This document shows, piece by piece, positions 50,547 to 59,157 of a DNA stretch of 64,000 nucleotides. Numbering within the stretch: the stretch's first letter is position 1; the number at the start of each line of letters is the position of its first letter. The DNA comes from an uncultured Prevotellaceae bacterium. GTDB lineage: Bacteria; Bacteroidota; Bacteroidia; Bacteroidales; Bacteroidaceae. The translations under genes and the position numbers were made by a program. Below the pieces are notes generated by a model. It saw only the letters and a list, made by a program, of their open reading frames with translations. It was not told the DNA's origin and searched no databases. The stretch is taken from positions 4,241 to 68,240 of the forward strand of contig CAMVPA010000011.1 in assembly GCA_947169245.1 (NCBI GenBank), read 5' to 3'.

Positions 50547-50755
50547 AGTAACTGTTTGATGTCAATATTCAAGGCGTTTGCCAGTTTGTACATATTGAGT
50601 AGCGTGATGTTGGTTTCACCACGTTCCACAGTACCGATATAAGTACGGTGAACATCTGCCCGTTCTGCCAGTTTCTCTTGTGATATGCCTAACTGTTCAC
50701 GGTATTCTTGAACCTTGTGGCCGAAACTAACCAGCAGATTGTTTTTCTCTTTCAT
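50543..50755 (-). CDS. XRE HTH controller (C-protein-like)
   Basis: ISQEKLAERADVHRTYIGTVERGETNITL; overlaps the endonuclease start by 4 nt. Confidence 0.85.
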   Translation of the reverse strand: MKEKNNLLVSFGHKVQEYREQLGISQEKLAERADVHRTYIGTVERGETNITLLNMYKLANALNIDIKQLL

Positions 50756-50854
50756 AGCAACTCTATTTATTGAGTGCAAAAGTGGTGATAAAGAGCGAAT
50801 GTATCAACACTTTATAAATAGAGTAAGCCAAAAGTATGTTAATAAACAAGGTCT

Positions 50855-51505
50855 TCACAGCACGCTGGCCAAGGCCTCTTCCACACGTCGGCACGACTCC
50901 TTGAGGTTGTCGCCGTCGGGGAGTTCTGTGTATTCCGGGTCGCTCCTTTCGTAACCTGCCTGTTTGCGCAGGTTGTCGGCCTTCAGCTGCCATGTCCTTG
51001 TGTTGCGCTCACCTAACAGCACCTCGGCCATGTCACGGCTGAAGCTGGTGACGGTGGTACGGCTGTCGATGAGTGAGCGCTGCAGCATCACGATGCGGAC
51101 GTGGAACCACGTATAGGGCTTTTGCCGGCGCTGGCACGTAGCAGGGGCTATCACGTCGCAAAGCAGATGCACCAGCTCATGAGCACGGCGGACGTTGCTT
51201 TTGACGGAAGCCACAAACATCTGTGGCAGTGGTACGGTTTTTGGCTCGTTTACCGTTGCCGGCAGGTTGTTGTCTGACGATAGGACGGCAGGAGAATGCT
51301 GGGGAGCGTGATTCGAGTTTTTCGCTGGTCTAAGGAACTGATTCAGGACGGTACGGAGCAGGTGGTTGTCGGCTTCTAATTGTGCCACTCGGTGTTCCAG
51401 TGCCTCGATACGCTGTTCCAACGAGCGGTCAGGAGCCACTGAGGGCAAAGGGGCGTTGTCCCCCTTGCCCGGCAGCATGCAGCCGGTGTCCGTTCGTTGT
51501 TCCAT
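50855..51505 (-). CDS. Hypothetical protein with N-terminal coiled coil
   Basis: LEQRIEALEHRVAQLEADN; TATCTTTG box on the minus strand at 51673-51680. Confidence 0.55.
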   Translation of the reverse strand: MEQRTDTGCMLPGKGDNAPLPSVAPDRSLEQRIEALEHRVAQLEADNHLLRTVLNQFLRPAKNSNHAPQHSPAVLSSDNNLPATVNEPKTVPLPQMFVASVKSNVRRAHELVHLLCDVIAPATCQRRQKPYTWFHVRIVMLQRSLIDSRTTVTSFSRDMAEVLLGERNTRTWQLKADNLRKQAGYERSDPEYTELPDGDNLKESCRRVEEALASVL

Positions 51506-51886
51506 AGCCTTGGGCTTTTAGAAGTTGGTGTTGTCAGTCTTACGTCGTTCATTCGTTGAGAGGGAGTGTGGGCTGGGCCGAAGCACCTGGGTGCCGTCCA
51601 CTTTTCTTGTCTGGTTTTTGGTAAACTCCTCATTTCATTATGGCGGTCGCTTGGCCGCATCATAACTAAACGCAAAGATAGCGTATATTTATGTAGTGGC
51701 CAAATGTTTCGGCGGGAAAAACGGGGAAAAGGCCAAGGACTTGACATAAGTCAATTAAACGGCTTTTGCGTTAAATAATGCTAAAAGTCGGTGCCCGCTA
51801 CGTTAAGTCTAAAAAATAAACCTTATCTTTGCGCTATCGTATGAGACGATAAGCTACGACCTGGCAACATACATTATTAATATAAT

Positions 51887-54800
51887 ATGCGTATTATGAA
51901 GAACATTTACCTAACGACGAGAGCGGCGCTGGTGCTGCTCATGGCCTTGTTCTGCACAGTAGGAATGCGGGCCGAGGTAGTGACCGTTGGCAGTGGCAGT
52001 ACGGCAAGCAGCTACGTGCCCTGTTATCCGAACAACAATTACTCATTGAGCCAGCAGATTTACACGGCCGACGAGATAGGCCGGGCTGGACAGATTACCA
52101 GTATCGCCTTCTATAACTACGATGTGGGCAGCGACCGCGAGGTCAACATCTACCTGACGCACACTGCCAAGACGGCATTCGACAGCAGCACCGACTGGGT
52201 GGCTGTCAGTGCCGACGACCTCGTGTTCAGCGGTACCATGAATCTGGGAGATGGGTGGACCACCGTCGACTTCGACACGCCGTTCCTCTACGACGGTGCT
52301 CAGAACCTCATTCTCACCGTCGACGACAATACGGGTCAGAGTACTGGTTCCAACTACCTCGTCGGTAACTACGACGGGGCGTCCAACCAGGCACTGTACT
52401 ACTATTCGCTGTTTGGCAATCCTGTCAACTTAGACCCCACCCAGCCCATCGATAAGGAAGGCTCCGTCTACTACAAGAAGAACCGTATCAAGCTGTGCTT
52501 CGAGACCTGGCCTAAGCCCGCAAAGTTTGAGGCTGTCGAGGTGGGTGACGTCAGCGCACGGCTGCAGTGCGTGCTGCGTAGCGGTGCCGAGAAGTGGAAC
52601 CTGCGCTACCGCAAGGTGGCCAAGGAGGGTGAACAGGAACTGAGCTGGACGACGCAGAGCGACCTGAAAGACTCTGTCATTATCGAAGGTCTGACGCCTG
52701 CCACGAAGTACGAGGCACAGGCACAGGCCATCTTCGCCGAGGACAACCTCAGCGAGTGGACAGACACGATGACGTTCACCACCAACTGCTGCCCGGTTGA
52801 GGAGCAGGCAGAAGTTATCTATGCCCTCTATGGCAACTACAGCAACTGGTATGGCTTTGCCGTGCAGTTTGTGGATATTACCGACGAGGCCAACCCCATT
52901 GAGGTGGCTTACCTGAACCCGCCAAGCTACGAGTTGTATAGCGGCACGGTGACACTCTGCTGCGGCCATAAATACAAGGTCAACTGGATCTTCGATGCCA
53001 ACCATGAGAACCTCACCGGACAATTCTCCATTGCCCTCTACTTCGAGCCGGGCGACCTGTTCTTCAACATGGCACGTGGCGAGGCTCCCGGTGAGACCGC
53101 CGAGCTGACCACTTTCGTCATGGACTGCACACCTTACTGTGCACAGAAACCACAGAACGTCTCAGTGGCCGGCACTACCTTTAACTCGGCCACCCTCACG
53201 TTTGCCTCTGAGACGCCCAGTGGCGAGGTGGCCTACGGCACCACAGCCGACTTCAACCCTGAGACAGCCACGCCAATCGCCGTCAGCTTCGAGAGCACAG
53301 GTATCACCAGTGACCCGTGGGAGACCAACCCCGCCAACGCCTCGGTGACGCTGACCGGTCTCGAGCCTCTCACCGATTATTTTGTCAGCGTGCGCAGCGT
53401 ATGCGAGGGCGAGAACGGCAACAGCGGCCACAGCCGCTGGAGCGTCCCCCTCAAGGTGAGAACCGGCTCCCGTTATGACGGTCCGACACAGGTGAAGGCA
53501 AAGGCCGTCAACAGCCGCATCGAAGATTTTGCATGGAGCAGCCGTGGCAGCGAGAAGAAGTACAACTTCTACTATCGTAAGCAGGCCAAGGGCACGCCCG
53601 TCGACCCGAGTGACGTCAGCACCATGGGCGGTGGCAATGGCCAGGGCTTCGAAGATTGGGACGGCAGTGGTGCCAAGGTCTCTTACGGCAGTCGTCCGTT
53701 CAGCAACACCCTCTATGTGGTAGGCGGAGCAGGCAGTCAGTTCAGCTTCAGCGCCGCTAATGCCAAGTCGGGCTCGCCGAAGAACGTGCCGTTCCTCTAC
53801 GGCTCAAGGAAGCTGACCAAGGGCACCCCGCTCAAGCAGATGAAGAAGCTCGACCGCGAGTGTCTGAACGATGCCGACCGTCAGGCGAGAATCAAGGAGC
53901 TAGAGGATGAAATATTGTCAAAAGAACAAGCCAAGGAAGGAGCCAAGAAGATTCTTGACGACGGCCAATGCACTCAAGAGGAATATGACGAAGCGATAAA
54001 GTCATTGGACAAAAAGATTGCCGAAGACCAGGAAGAGCTGGCAGCCCTAAAGGCACTGCCCACCGACGACCAGAAACTGGAGCGGATGAAGGAGCTGGAG
54101 CAGAAAATCCAGGAGGCACAGAATACCTTTAAATCAGGTTCGTTGGATCCCGAATCTGAAGCTTATAGGGAGCTGGTGAGCCAGTATGTGGCCAATCAGG
54201 TCGAGCTGAACGAACTGCGCGCCCTGACCTCCGAGGCAGCCAGTGGCAGTGGCCCCAAGAGCGGTTTCACCATCAGCAGCAACCGCGTCTCGCCCCAGCG
54301 TGCCCGTGGCCAGCGTGTGCCGGGCGAGGAGGAAGAGGACATCTACGTGTTCTTCATCCGCCACGCCAACAACGACGGCTTGCTGTTGGTCAAGGATCTG
54401 ACCATCACGCCACCCGCACTGGTGAACGACTGGACGTGCATCCCCAACATCGCAGGCACCGAATACACACTCACCGGCCTGGAGCCCGGCACCACCTACG
54501 AGGTCATGGTAGAGCCCGTCTATGACGACGGCAACACCGGCACACCGAGCGCCATCACCGTCTTTACCACCATTGGCGAGGAGACCGACCCCGTTGAGGG
54601 TGAGTTCTCTGTCGGCGACGATAAGAAGGTGCAGTTCGCCCATGGTAACCTGCGTTTCAGCGGCGATGAGTACGAAGGCACCTGGTCGATGGCCAAGCAG
54701 CAGTACGACGTGCTCGGCGATGCCAACGTCGACAGCCAAAGCTCTGGTTCCAGCTATCCTGCCAGCCTGAAGGACTTGCTCAGCTGGAGCACCACCAATA

Positions 54801-55759
54801 ATAAATATGGTGTTTCCAACTATTACTACTATGACGACGAGGATGCCAATGCGTTCTTCCAGGGCGACTTCGTCGACTGGGGCACGAACCCCGCACTCAT
54901 CGCCGACCTTGGCGCAGGCTGGAGCACACTGTCGAAGAAAGAGTGGTACTACCTGCTCAACGAGCGCGAGAACGCTGCCCAGCTGAAGGCCTTGGCTGCC
55001 ATCACCTACGCTGAGGGCGAAGAGAATGTAGAAGTGAAGGGTCTCATCATCGCACCCGACAACTGGGCTGAGAACCTTGCGGTCAATCCTCAGCTGCCTA
55101 ACTTCAATTCTTCAACGCTTCAATCTCTCAGTTTGGAGCAGTGGTCGCTGATGGAGGCTGCCGGCGCCGTCTTCCTGCCCGTTACGGGCCATCTGTGGTC
55201 GTACGAGGACGAGAATCACAGGACGCAGACCACCATCAACGGCATGGACGTCATTGGCAACTACTGGACCAGCACGCCGTCAGGCGACAAGTCTGAACGG
55301 AATGCCTTCGTCTTGAGATTCAACACCAATGATTCCGAACTGACCACCGATGCTGACACTGAGCGCCGTCTCGGTTGCGCCGTCCGTCTGGTGAAGGAGG
55401 TGGCCAAGATCGTGATCGACAAGACCGCCCTCGCCGAGAGCCTCACCGAAGCTACCGGTTACTACGACGGTGTCAAGACCGACTATGCCGACATTGCCTC
55501 CACGCTGAAGCAGGCCATCGATGCCGCACAGGCCGTGGCCGACAACCCGAAGGCTACGCAGGAGGAGGTCGATGCCGCCAAGCAGACCCTCGACGAGGCA
55601 CTGGCCAAGGCCAAGGCCGATGTGGAGATAGCCTCCAGCATTGCCGACGTCAAGACCGCCCCGAAGAGCGGCCTGCGCTACAACCTCAGCGGCCAGCGCG
55701 TCGGCAAGGCCTACAAGGGCATCGTCATCGTCGATGGCGCCAAGACCGTCAAGAAGTAA
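51887..55759 (+). CDS. Secreted multi-FN3 surface protein with lectin-like domain, FIVAR-like helix and CTD-like tail
   Basis: Signal peptide; SQQIYTADEIG; GLTPATKYE, GLEPLTDY, GLEPGTTYEV; VQFAHGNL...YWTST...AVRLV; ATQEEVDAA; RYNLSGQRV..GIVIVDG.KTVKK. Confidence 0.8.
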   Translation: MRIMKNIYLTTRAALVLLMALFCTVGMRAEVVTVGSGSTASSYVPCYPNNNYSLSQQIYTADEIGRAGQITSIAFYNYDVGSDREVNIYLTHTAKTAFDSSTDWVAVSADDLVFSGTMNLGDGWTTVDFDTPFLYDGAQNLILTVDDNTGQSTGSNYLVGNYDGASNQALYYYSLFGNPVNLDPTQPIDKEGSVYYKKNRIKLCFETWPKPAKFEAVEVGDVSARLQCVLRSGAEKWNLRYRKVAKEGEQELSWTTQSDLKDSVIIEGLTPATKYEAQAQAIFAEDNLSEWTDTMTFTTNCCPVEEQAEVIYALYGNYSNWYGFAVQFVDITDEANPIEVAYLNPPSYELYSGTVTLCCGHKYKVNWIFDANHENLTGQFSIALYFEPGDLFFNMARGEAPGETAELTTFVMDCTPYCAQKPQNVSVAGTTFNSATLTFASETPSGEVAYGTTADFNPETATPIAVSFESTGITSDPWETNPANASVTLTGLEPLTDYFVSVRSVCEGENGNSGHSRWSVPLKVRTGSRYDGPTQVKAKAVNSRIEDFAWSSRGSEKKYNFYYRKQAKGTPVDPSDVSTMGGGNGQGFEDWDGSGAKVSYGSRPFSNTLYVVGGAGSQFSFSAANAKSGSPKNVPFLYGSRKLTKGTPLKQMKKLDRECLNDADRQARIKELEDEILSKEQAKEGAKKILDDGQCTQEEYDEAIKSLDKKIAEDQEELAALKALPTDDQKLERMKELEQKIQEAQNTFKSGSLDPESEAYRELVSQYVANQVELNELRALTSEAASGSGPKSGFTISSNRVSPQRARGQRVPGEEEEDIYVFFIRHANNDGLLLVKDLTITPPALVNDWTCIPNIAGTEYTLTGLEPGTTYEVMVEPVYDDGNTGTPSAITVFTTIGEETDPVEGEFSVGDDKKVQFAHGNLRFSGDEYEGTWSMAKQQYDVLGDANVDSQSSGSSYPASLKDLLSWSTTNNKYGVSNYYYYDDEDANAFFQGDFVDWGTNPALIADLGAGWSTLSKKEWYYLLNERENAAQLKALAAITYAEGEENVEVKGLIIAPDNWAENLAVNPQLPNFNSSTLQSLSLEQWSLMEAAGAVFLPVTGHLWSYEDENHRTQTTINGMDVIGNYWTSTPSGDKSERNAFVLRFNTNDSELTTDADTERRLGCAVRLVKEVAKIVIDKTALAESLTEATGYYDGVKTDYADIASTLKQAIDAAQAVADNPKATQEEVDAAKQTLDEALAKAKADVEIASSIADVKTAPKSGLRYNLSGQRVGKAYKGIVIVDGAKTVKK

Positions 55760-55763
55760 CCCT

Positions 55764-56360
55764 ATGAACGAAACAAACGAACTGGACATCATAACCCGCA
55801 CCCGTGCTGAGGTGATGGGACAGAAGGAGCCCACAGGCGAGAACTTGTTTCTCGTCTGGGGCTATCCGACGGTTCTTGTGTTCCTTCTGGAGTTTGGCGC
55901 TCTGATGTTCCTGCATAAGCATTGGTACGAGTGGCTCTGGATAGGCATCCCACTGGTAGGTGTGCCGCTGATGACGCATTTCAACAGGAAAGAGTACGCC
56001 CGCATGGGACACCGTACGCTCGACTCGAACACAGCCCTGCATCTGTGGCTTTTCATCGGTGCAGCCAGTGCCCTGCTCGGTTTCACCACGGGCATCACGG
56101 GCATCTATCCCGTCTGCTACTGCTTCATTCAGGGACTGTTCATCGGTATGGGCTGCTTCCTGACAGGTGTCATCTCACGCTTCCGCCCCATGACCGTTGG
56201 CGGTATCATCGGCAGCATCATGACGTTTACCTGCCTGTTTCTTCAAGACGAGCTCTGGCCATGGCAGTTCCTCGTTGCCGCCAGTATCACCACCGTTGCC
56301 CTCATTGTTCCAGGCCACCTGCTCCGACATTACATGATTAAAATAAACTATATGCATTAA
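55764..56360 (+). CDS. Hypothetical integral membrane protein
   Basis: Several TM helices, LVWGY...LIVPGHLL; typical partner of a small wHTH regulator. Confidence 0.75.
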   Translation: MNETNELDIITRTRAEVMGQKEPTGENLFLVWGYPTVLVFLLEFGALMFLHKHWYEWLWIGIPLVGVPLMTHFNRKEYARMGHRTLDSNTALHLWLFIGAASALLGFTTGITGIYPVCYCFIQGLFIGMGCFLTGVISRFRPMTVGGIIGSIMTFTCLFLQDELWPWQFLVAASITTVALIVPGHLLRHYMIKINYMH

Positions 56361-56365
56361 TCCTC

Positions 56366-56701
56366 ATGATCCCATTTAAGTTTCCCGTCATCAATCCCTT
56401 GCTGCATAACGAGTTGCGACTGAAAATCATGGTGACACTCGACAGCTTGGAGAGCGCCGACTTCGTGTATCTGTGTCGGATTACCGACAGCACCCGTGGC
56501 AACGTGAGCGTGCAAATCAAGACACTACAGGAGGCTGGCTATCTGGAGGTGAGCAAAACCGGACTAGGCCGGCTCTCGCATACCGTCTGTTGTATCACCA
56601 ACAAGGGGCATGAAGCCCTGCGTGCCTACGAGCTGGGACTACGCCGACTCTTTGCTGAGGGTGTAACCGCCCAGGAAGAAGAGCAGAAAGAAATCATTTA
56701 G
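56366..56701 (+). CDS. Winged-helix transcriptional regulator (HTH_34-like)
   Basis: NPLLHNELRLKIM..L...ADF..L...STRGNVSVQIKTLQEAGY...ITNKG. Confidence 0.88.
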   Translation: MIPFKFPVINPLLHNELRLKIMVTLDSLESADFVYLCRITDSTRGNVSVQIKTLQEAGYLEVSKTGLGRLSHTVCCITNKGHEALRAYELGLRRLFAEGVTAQEEEQKEII

Positions 56702-56820
56702 CCCCGAAACGCACCTTTGACAAACACCACTTGCAAGCGCTTGATGATCAGGCGCTTGCTTGTTTAGGATTCCCCCACCCCAACCCATTTGCTTGCGGCA
56801 TTCAGGAAATCGCCGTACCT

Positions 56821-56927
56821 TTGCCACCGCAAACAAGAAGTTGCAATGGCGAGTGAAGGCTGCAGCTCAGCATAGCTCGAGCGGGCTCGGCTCTGCGCAT
56901 TCACCTTGCACTTCACTTGCCACCGCA
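56821..56927. repeat. Palindromic insert flanked by an 11-bp direct repeat just after a promoter
   Basis: ttgccaccgca at 56821 and 56917; internal imperfect hairpin gaagttgcaa..gagtg...cattc..ttgcacttc. Confidence 0.6.
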
Positions 56928-56995
56928 CTCATGACGTCAACGAGAGCAACACAAACACAAGTATTAACCATTAAACAAAAGAAAGGAACCAAACT

Positions 56996-57490
56996 ATGTT
57001 GGAACTCAATTTGTACAAGAACAACGACGCGAACTCTCAGAACTATGGTAAGGCTTACGCCCGTATGGACCAGAAGGAGACCTACAGCATCGAGAAACTG
57101 GCCGAACACATGGCAGACCATCACACGCCCTTCTCGAAGGGTACCATCAACGGCATCCTGACTGACGCTGTCAGCTGTATCCGCGAGCTCTGCCTCAACG
57201 GCAACACGGTGAAGATCGACAATCTGGCCATCTTCATGTGCTCCGTGGAGTCGAACCCCATGTCGCGCTATGCCGTCGCCCGTGCTGCCGTCGGCAACAA
57301 GTCGACCAAGGTGGACGGCCAGACGGTGGAGACGGGCAACGCCGTGAAGTCGGTGAAGCTGCTGGCGAAGTCGACGGGACGCTTCACCCGCACCGAGCTG
57401 AACAAGGACGTACGCCTGGGCTGGACAACGAAGGCGCAGGAGCTCATCGACGCCGACAAGGCCGCTATGAACCAGGCTAACAACGGGTAA
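56996..57490 (+). CDS. HU-like DNA-binding protein (long Bacteroidota type)
   Basis: GKAYAR...IEKLAEHMADH.TPFSKG.INGIL...IRELCLNGNTVKIDNLAIF. Confidence 0.85.
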   Translation: MLELNLYKNNDANSQNYGKAYARMDQKETYSIEKLAEHMADHHTPFSKGTINGILTDAVSCIRELCLNGNTVKIDNLAIFMCSVESNPMSRYAVARAAVGNKSTKVDGQTVETGNAVKSVKLLAKSTGRFTRTELNKDVRLGWTTKAQELIDADKAAMNQANNG

Positions 57491-57530
57491 AAAGCCTCCC
57501 TCCTCGAAAAAAACACAAACACAAACGAAC

Positions 57531-57653
57531 ATGAAACTGAAGAACAGGATGATTGAGATAGCGCTGAGGATACTCATCGCTGCTCTGACGGCCGCACTGA
57601 CGGCCATTACGACCACGAGCTGCATGGGCTTCGGCCCGCTGTATCTGGGCTGA
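57531..57653 (+). CDS. Smalltalk-family small protein (40 aa), not in ORF track
   Basis: Translated by hand: MKLKNRMIEIALRILIAALTAALTAITTTSCMGFGPLYLG; the LTA.LTA.TTTSC motif directly after an HU-like gene is the usual context. Confidence 0.85.
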   Translation: MKLKNRMIEIALRILIAALTAALTAITTTSCMGFGPLYLG

Positions 57654-57714
57654 CGCCTCACTGCAAAGTGAAAAGTGGAAAAAAGAGCTGGAAGTTTTGT
57701 GGCTTCCGGCTTTT

Positions 57715-57799
57715 TTTGTACCTCTGGCTTCGCCGAAGGTACTTCCGCTTGGAAAAACTCAAATATATTTGGTTTTTCGCTCACTTATTTGTACCTTTG
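57715..57799 (+). promoter_or_regulatory. Promoter-carrying palindromic element upstream of pyrE
   Basis: tttgtacct at 57715 and 57788; internal hairpins; TTTG at 57768 and TACCTTTG at 57792. Confidence 0.6.
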
Positions 57800-57818
57800 C
57801 AGCCACAAACAAGAAGAC

Positions 57819-58448
57819 ATGAAAGAGATAAAGAACCAATTCGCCAAGATGCTCATGGACATCGAGGCTATCAAGTTGCAGCCCAACGACCCGTTCACAT
57901 GGGCATCGGGCTGGAAGTCGCCTATCTATACGGACAACCGCAAGACGCTGTCATTCCCGCGCGTCCGCTCGTTCGTGAAACTGGAACTCTGCCACACCAT
58001 TCTGGAGCAGTTCCCTGAGGCTGAGGCCGTGGCCGGCGTCGCCACGGGTGCCATTGCCCAGGGCGCACTGGTGGCTGAGGAGCTTGGACTGCCGTATGCC
58101 TACGTGCGTCCGAAGCCGAAAGACCACGGCATGGGTAACCAGGTGGAAGGACAGCTGCCCAAGGGCGCCAAGGTGGTGGTTGTCGAGGATCTCATCTCTA
58201 CCGGTGGCTCTTCGCTGAAGGCTGTCGAGGCCCTGCGCCAGTATGGCGTGGAGGTCATTGGCATGGTGGCATCGTTCACCTACGGTTTCCCCGTGGCCGA
58301 GGAGGCCTTTGCTGCTGCCGGCGTGAAGCTCATCACGTTGAGCAACTACAACGCCGTCGTCGAGGAGGCAGCCAAGACCGGGTATATCAAAGAGGAAGAC
58401 AAGGCTGTGCTGGCTGAGTGGCGCAAGGATCCCAGTGTCTGGGGATAA
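57819..58448 (+). CDS. pyrE: Orotate phosphoribosyltransferase
   Basis: FTWASGWKSPIYTDNR, YVRPKPKDHG, VVVEDLISTGGSS. Confidence 0.97.
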   Translation: MKEIKNQFAKMLMDIEAIKLQPNDPFTWASGWKSPIYTDNRKTLSFPRVRSFVKLELCHTILEQFPEAEAVAGVATGAIAQGALVAEELGLPYAYVRPKPKDHGMGNQVEGQLPKGAKVVVVEDLISTGGSSLKAVEALRQYGVEVIGMVASFTYGFPVAEEAFAAAGVKLITLSNYNAVVEEAAKTGYIKEEDKAVLAEWRKDPSVWG

Positions 58449-58450
58449 AA

Positions 58451-58640
58451 ACCCACCCCCGGCCCCTCCCGAGCGGGAGGGGGGACAGGCCTCTCCTTAC
58501 TACCCACCCCCGGCCCCTCCCGAGCGGGAGGGGGGACAGAGCTCTCCTTACTACCCACCCCCGGCCCCTCCCGAGCGGGAGGGGGGGACAGAGGCTTACT
58601 ACCCACCCCCGGCCCCTCCCGAGCGGGAGGGGGGGCAGAG
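58451..58640. repeat. Tandem array of four REP-like palindromes (spacing 51/51/48 nt)
   Basis: acccacccccggcccctcccgagcgggagggggg at 58451, 58502, 58553, 58601. Confidence 0.92.
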
Positions 58641-58669
58641 CTTCCTTATTACTTTTAATTATATAAAAA

Positions 58670-59131
58670 ATGGGACTATTCGATACAACAACGAAGTTTG
58701 AGAGCAGCATCAAGCAGGTACCCTATCCGCAGGAGGCTGTCTACAGAAACCTCAGTGATCTGAGGAATCTGGAGAAGGTGCGCGACCGCGTGCCGGAGGA
58801 TAAAGTGCAGGACTTTGCGTTCGACGAGGACACCGTCAGCCTGAACGTGGCACCGGTGGGCGAGTTGAAGCTCCGCATCTGCGAGCGTGAGGAACCTAAG
58901 TGTGTGAAGTTTGAGACGGTGCAGTCGCCCGTGCCCTTCAACGTGTGGATTCAGGTGCTGCCGGTGACGGCCGACACGAGTAAGATGAAGGTGACGGTGA
59001 AGACTGAGCTGAACCCTTTCATCAAGGGGATGGTCATCGGCCCGCTGCAGGACGGCGTGGAAAAAATTGCTGATGCACTGGCGCAGATACCGTACCAACC
59101 CCTAACCCCTCCCGAACGGGAGGTGGACTGA
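58670..59131 (+). CDS. SRPBCC family protein
   Basis: FESSIKQVPYPQEAVYRNLSDLRNLE...LNPFIKGMV..PLQDGVEKIAD; lies between pyrE and argH. Confidence 0.8.
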   Translation: MGLFDTTTKFESSIKQVPYPQEAVYRNLSDLRNLEKVRDRVPEDKVQDFAFDEDTVSLNVAPVGELKLRICEREEPKCVKFETVQSPVPFNVWIQVLPVTADTSKMKVTVKTELNPFIKGMVIGPLQDGVEKIADALAQIPYQPLTPPEREVD

Positions 59132-59157
59132 GAGGGGTGTTTAATTTGACTTGCATT

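Noticed and set aside
52380-52389. cgtccaacca match to the tRNA-Gln 3' end as a possible att site
   Set aside because: Only 10 nt and inside a coding region; compatible with chance.
32407-55759. Complete diversity-generating retroelement
   Set aside because: No reverse transcriptase or template repeat is visible in the window.
41100-57660. Prophage or ICE
   Set aside because: No integrase, relaxase, T4SS, capsid or terminase genes, and no att repeats seen.
58451-58640. Possible CRISPR array
   Set aside because: Linkers are only ~12-15 nt and resemble each other, no cas genes are present, and the same motif is dispersed singly elsewhere.
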